In this document: positions 61,201 through 64,000 of the stretch, in pieces
Layout of the letters: every line of letters begins with the position of its first letter
Position numbering within the stretch: the first letter of the stretch is position 1
NCBI GenBank assembly: GCA_964016885.1
Contig: OZ024764.1
Coordinates: 26,784,001 to 26,848,000, forward strand
Source of the DNA: Eledone cirrhosa
Lineage: Eukaryota
Direction of reading: 5' to 3'
Length of the DNA stretch: 64,000 nt
The notes under the pieces: model-generated
Told to the model about the DNA's origin: nothing
The model's database searches: none
What the model saw: the letters and a program-made list of their open reading frames with translations, nothing else
Program-made: the position numbers and the translations under genes

Positions 61201-62764
61201 ATGTTTTTTAAACTCTGAACTCAGCATCTTTCTGTTGTTCTCCGGGATTCTAGCAAAGTATAAAAATATATATATATATATAGCTGGCAGTCAACCTCAG
61301 ACTCAAAAAAGCCGCCGCTAATCGTGATCGTTGGGGTTATAATTAGACTAAAAGTGCTTCCACTGGGCACCATTAGCTGATTGTGATCATTGGAGAATTC
61401 TTTCTGCGCTGAAAGAGCCTAGGACTAAAAGATATATATATAGATGTCGAAACGGCAGTAGCACAGCCGTTGGGGTCCTGAATATTTTCACATCTATATA
61501 TGTGTGTGTATTCTGCGACATTTATAATTACATAAGCAAGCATATTTGAATAACAAAATTTGAGGTTTAAATACTTTATTTTTTACCAATAACATAGAGA
61601 AAGGCATGAACAACACCACATGTTAGTTACTTTAATATTGAAAGTAGGGTTATAAAGATTAAAAAAGCAGATTTTTTAATCTTTCATGGTGGTCTGGTGG
61701 GTGATACCAGAGATGGTGGTAGTCCTGGTTTCGGTTTCAATCCCGGTCATGGGTTACATATAAGGTCTCATTTTTTTTTTTCTTTCTTTCAGTTTTCTTC
61801 TTATCTCTAGATATAAATATATATACATAAGGTAATTTGGTAGAATTGTTAGAACATCAGATAGAATTCTTTGCAGTATTTTTCCAGTTCTTTACTCTGA
61901 GTTCAACTTTACCTTTCTTCCATTCGGTGTCGATAAGTCTTGAATATGTCTAACGTAGCAATAATTGGAGCTACTTAACCAAGTTTTCCCAACCTAGTCG
62001 ATGTCACCTACTGGTTGGCGATTTAAACTGTTGGCTGGGACAATGACCAACTAATCAGTCAGATTCGAACTCACTATGTCTGGCATATATTTTATATTTT
62101 ATATTTGAATGACGTTCTGTAAGTAACCTGGTGGCTTAGATGGCAATACTGCTCGAATAGATGGCTTCTATTATGAAGTTATAAGTTCATTCCCTATCCA
62201 GGATTGTAGAATTAATTTTATTTAGTTATTATTTAATCAATTGTTTTAACAAACAAATTATATCTATAAAACGCCAAATATAGTGAGTTCAAATCTGACT
62301 AACATGCATGGTATATATTTATGTTTCATTATACAACGACACAATACACAGGAACTTATAAAGATATGTATATATTGTCCAGGAGTTTCGAGTTTAGTGG
62401 GAATTGGTACAACTCTCAATTGGAGCTAGTTCCTGCAAGATCAGCATAAATAATGTTATACCTTTTCATGAAATCTTGCACACCCGATGTTTTATACATG
62501 ATTATTTAAAGGTGAACAAAAACCAAAGAACATTGTGCAGCATTTCTCAACCTTTCTACCCATGTCGATCTCTTGAAATAGTTTTTATGCCTCAGGGATG
62601 CCCTGCATAAAATATACTTTTTCTATCTCTAGAGCAGTGGTTCCCAAATCGTGTGCTGCGAGATGAAACAAGATGAGCTGCAAAAGACTAAGATTAAGTT
62701 TTAAGATGTGAAAAATATAAAACTGAAATTTCATATAAAAGTTCAAATATAGCTACAGCCACAA

Positions 62765-62995
62765 ACCTAGGCTCCACACCCCGCAATGCAAAGGATAGTA
62801 AGATAGTACCAAGGCCTGACTCACCTCTTCCACTCCATTGAGACCTCTGCCATACTTGGTCCCTGTACTGCTGATTTCCTCCATAAAGTCGGGAGGAAAG
62901 ACGACAGGAGCCTCATGAGGAGGGGCGACTATTGTAGCAGGTGTCTCTGGCCTTGCTCCGAGGTAACGCTTTTACGTTTCTTCCACAGGTTGCGG
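62765..62995 (+). pseudogene. Copy of the CRE-like fragment at 12870-13100
   Basis: Near-identical at offset ~49.9 kb. Confidence 0.6.
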
Positions 62996-63358
62996 CTGAG
63001 GGACCACTTAGACTGGGGTGAAGTGTCTGTCCCTCCCCCGACTTCTTACTTCTTTTTTTTTCTCCTTTTCATTTTCTTTTCTCTTCTTGCTTATCTCTGC
63101 TATACCACGGCATCAAAAACATATATGATATGTGTATGTATGGTATAGGTGTATTTATATTTAGGATAGTTATCAAAGGTAAATAGACTGGTTGAAGCAA
63201 TAACAGTCTTGTTTATGTATATACACACATATATATATATATATATATATATCTGTTTGTTCTTGTATTTCCATAGAAAAGGTAAAGAAAAGAAGAATGC
63301 TCTATGTATTGTACAGAGCTATTTAATTACATAATAAACAACAGAATATAATTATTCC

Positions 63359-63611
63359 ATGCAAATAGACTTAGACTGGAAAACATTCAGACAGAGAAGA
63401 ATGGATAATGAGCGTCGTAAGAGAAATTGGCCAACAATTAATATTAATGGAAATGTAGAAGGATTTCATATTAGTGATATGAATGTTTCGTGTGATCACT
63501 GTGGAGCTTTGAAATTTAGAAATGAAAATTGTAACTGTTGTAATAAAGGAAAGGTTGTGTTGCCACCATTGCAAATATACCCTGAGAGACTGAGAAATCT
63601 CTTTGAAAGAG
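63359..63611 (+). pseudogene. Helitron 5' stub (copy 6) ending at the fold-back palindrome 63575-63635
   Basis: Same junction as 13705-13765. Confidence 0.85.
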
Positions 63612-63630
63612 ATTTCTCAGTCTCTCAGGG

Positions 63631-64000
63631 TATATATTCCCGCCGCCGTTGAAATAAAAATTTTAATAGAAAAACGGCGGGAATATATGTTACAACCCAA
63701 TCTATATATATTTAGGTTGTAACATATATTCCCGCCGTTGAAATAAAAATTTTAATAGGAAAACGGCGGGAACATATGTTACAACCCAATCTATATATAT
63801 TTGGGTTGTAACATATATTCCCGCCGTTGAAATAAAAATTTTAATAGAAAAACGGCGGGAATATATGTTACAGCCCAATCTATATATATTTGGGTTTTAA
63901 CATATATTCCCGCCGTTGAAATAAACATTTTAATAGAAAAACGGCGGGAATATATGTTACAATCCAATCTACATATATTTGGGTTGTAACATATATTCCC
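63631..64000. repeat. 89-bp self-palindromic array, second copy, running off the window end
   Basis: Same unit as 13761-14471. Confidence 0.93.

Overview
Eukaryotic, repeat-saturated, apparently gene-free DNA. The tRNA-derived SINE and MITE families look cephalopod/Octopus-like, which is an inference from recall. No intact protein-coding gene is supported. About 30 kb (1-3695, 17735-43947) is a compound satellite. Clusters of a 46-bp unit (AGAATTATTAGCCACAGGGGCAGAGATGTCCATAACATTACATGT/AC) alternate with 0.6-1.7 kb pyrimidine-only blocks built from a CGTTTCATCT+(CT)n module. The satellite has ordered variants, higher-order repeats and a sharp head-to-head inversion at ~30648. The remainder is a segmentally duplicated cassette (offsets ~2.6, ~40.3 and ~49.4-49.9 kb). 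It contains an internally deleted Helitron Rep/Pif1-helicase relic with a SINE insertion, a decayed PHD-finger fragment, a 55-bp minisatellite, CRE/RLE-type retrotransposon 3' fragments, alternating inverted MITE-like modules and an 89-bp self-palindromic fold-back array joined to the Helitron by a 61-bp perfect snap-back palindrome. A decayed RTE-clade LINE at 48281-50463 carries an intact C4HC3 PHD finger inside its RT region. The many long Ser/Leu/Arg- or Arg/Glu-rich ORFs are artefacts of low-complexity sequence.
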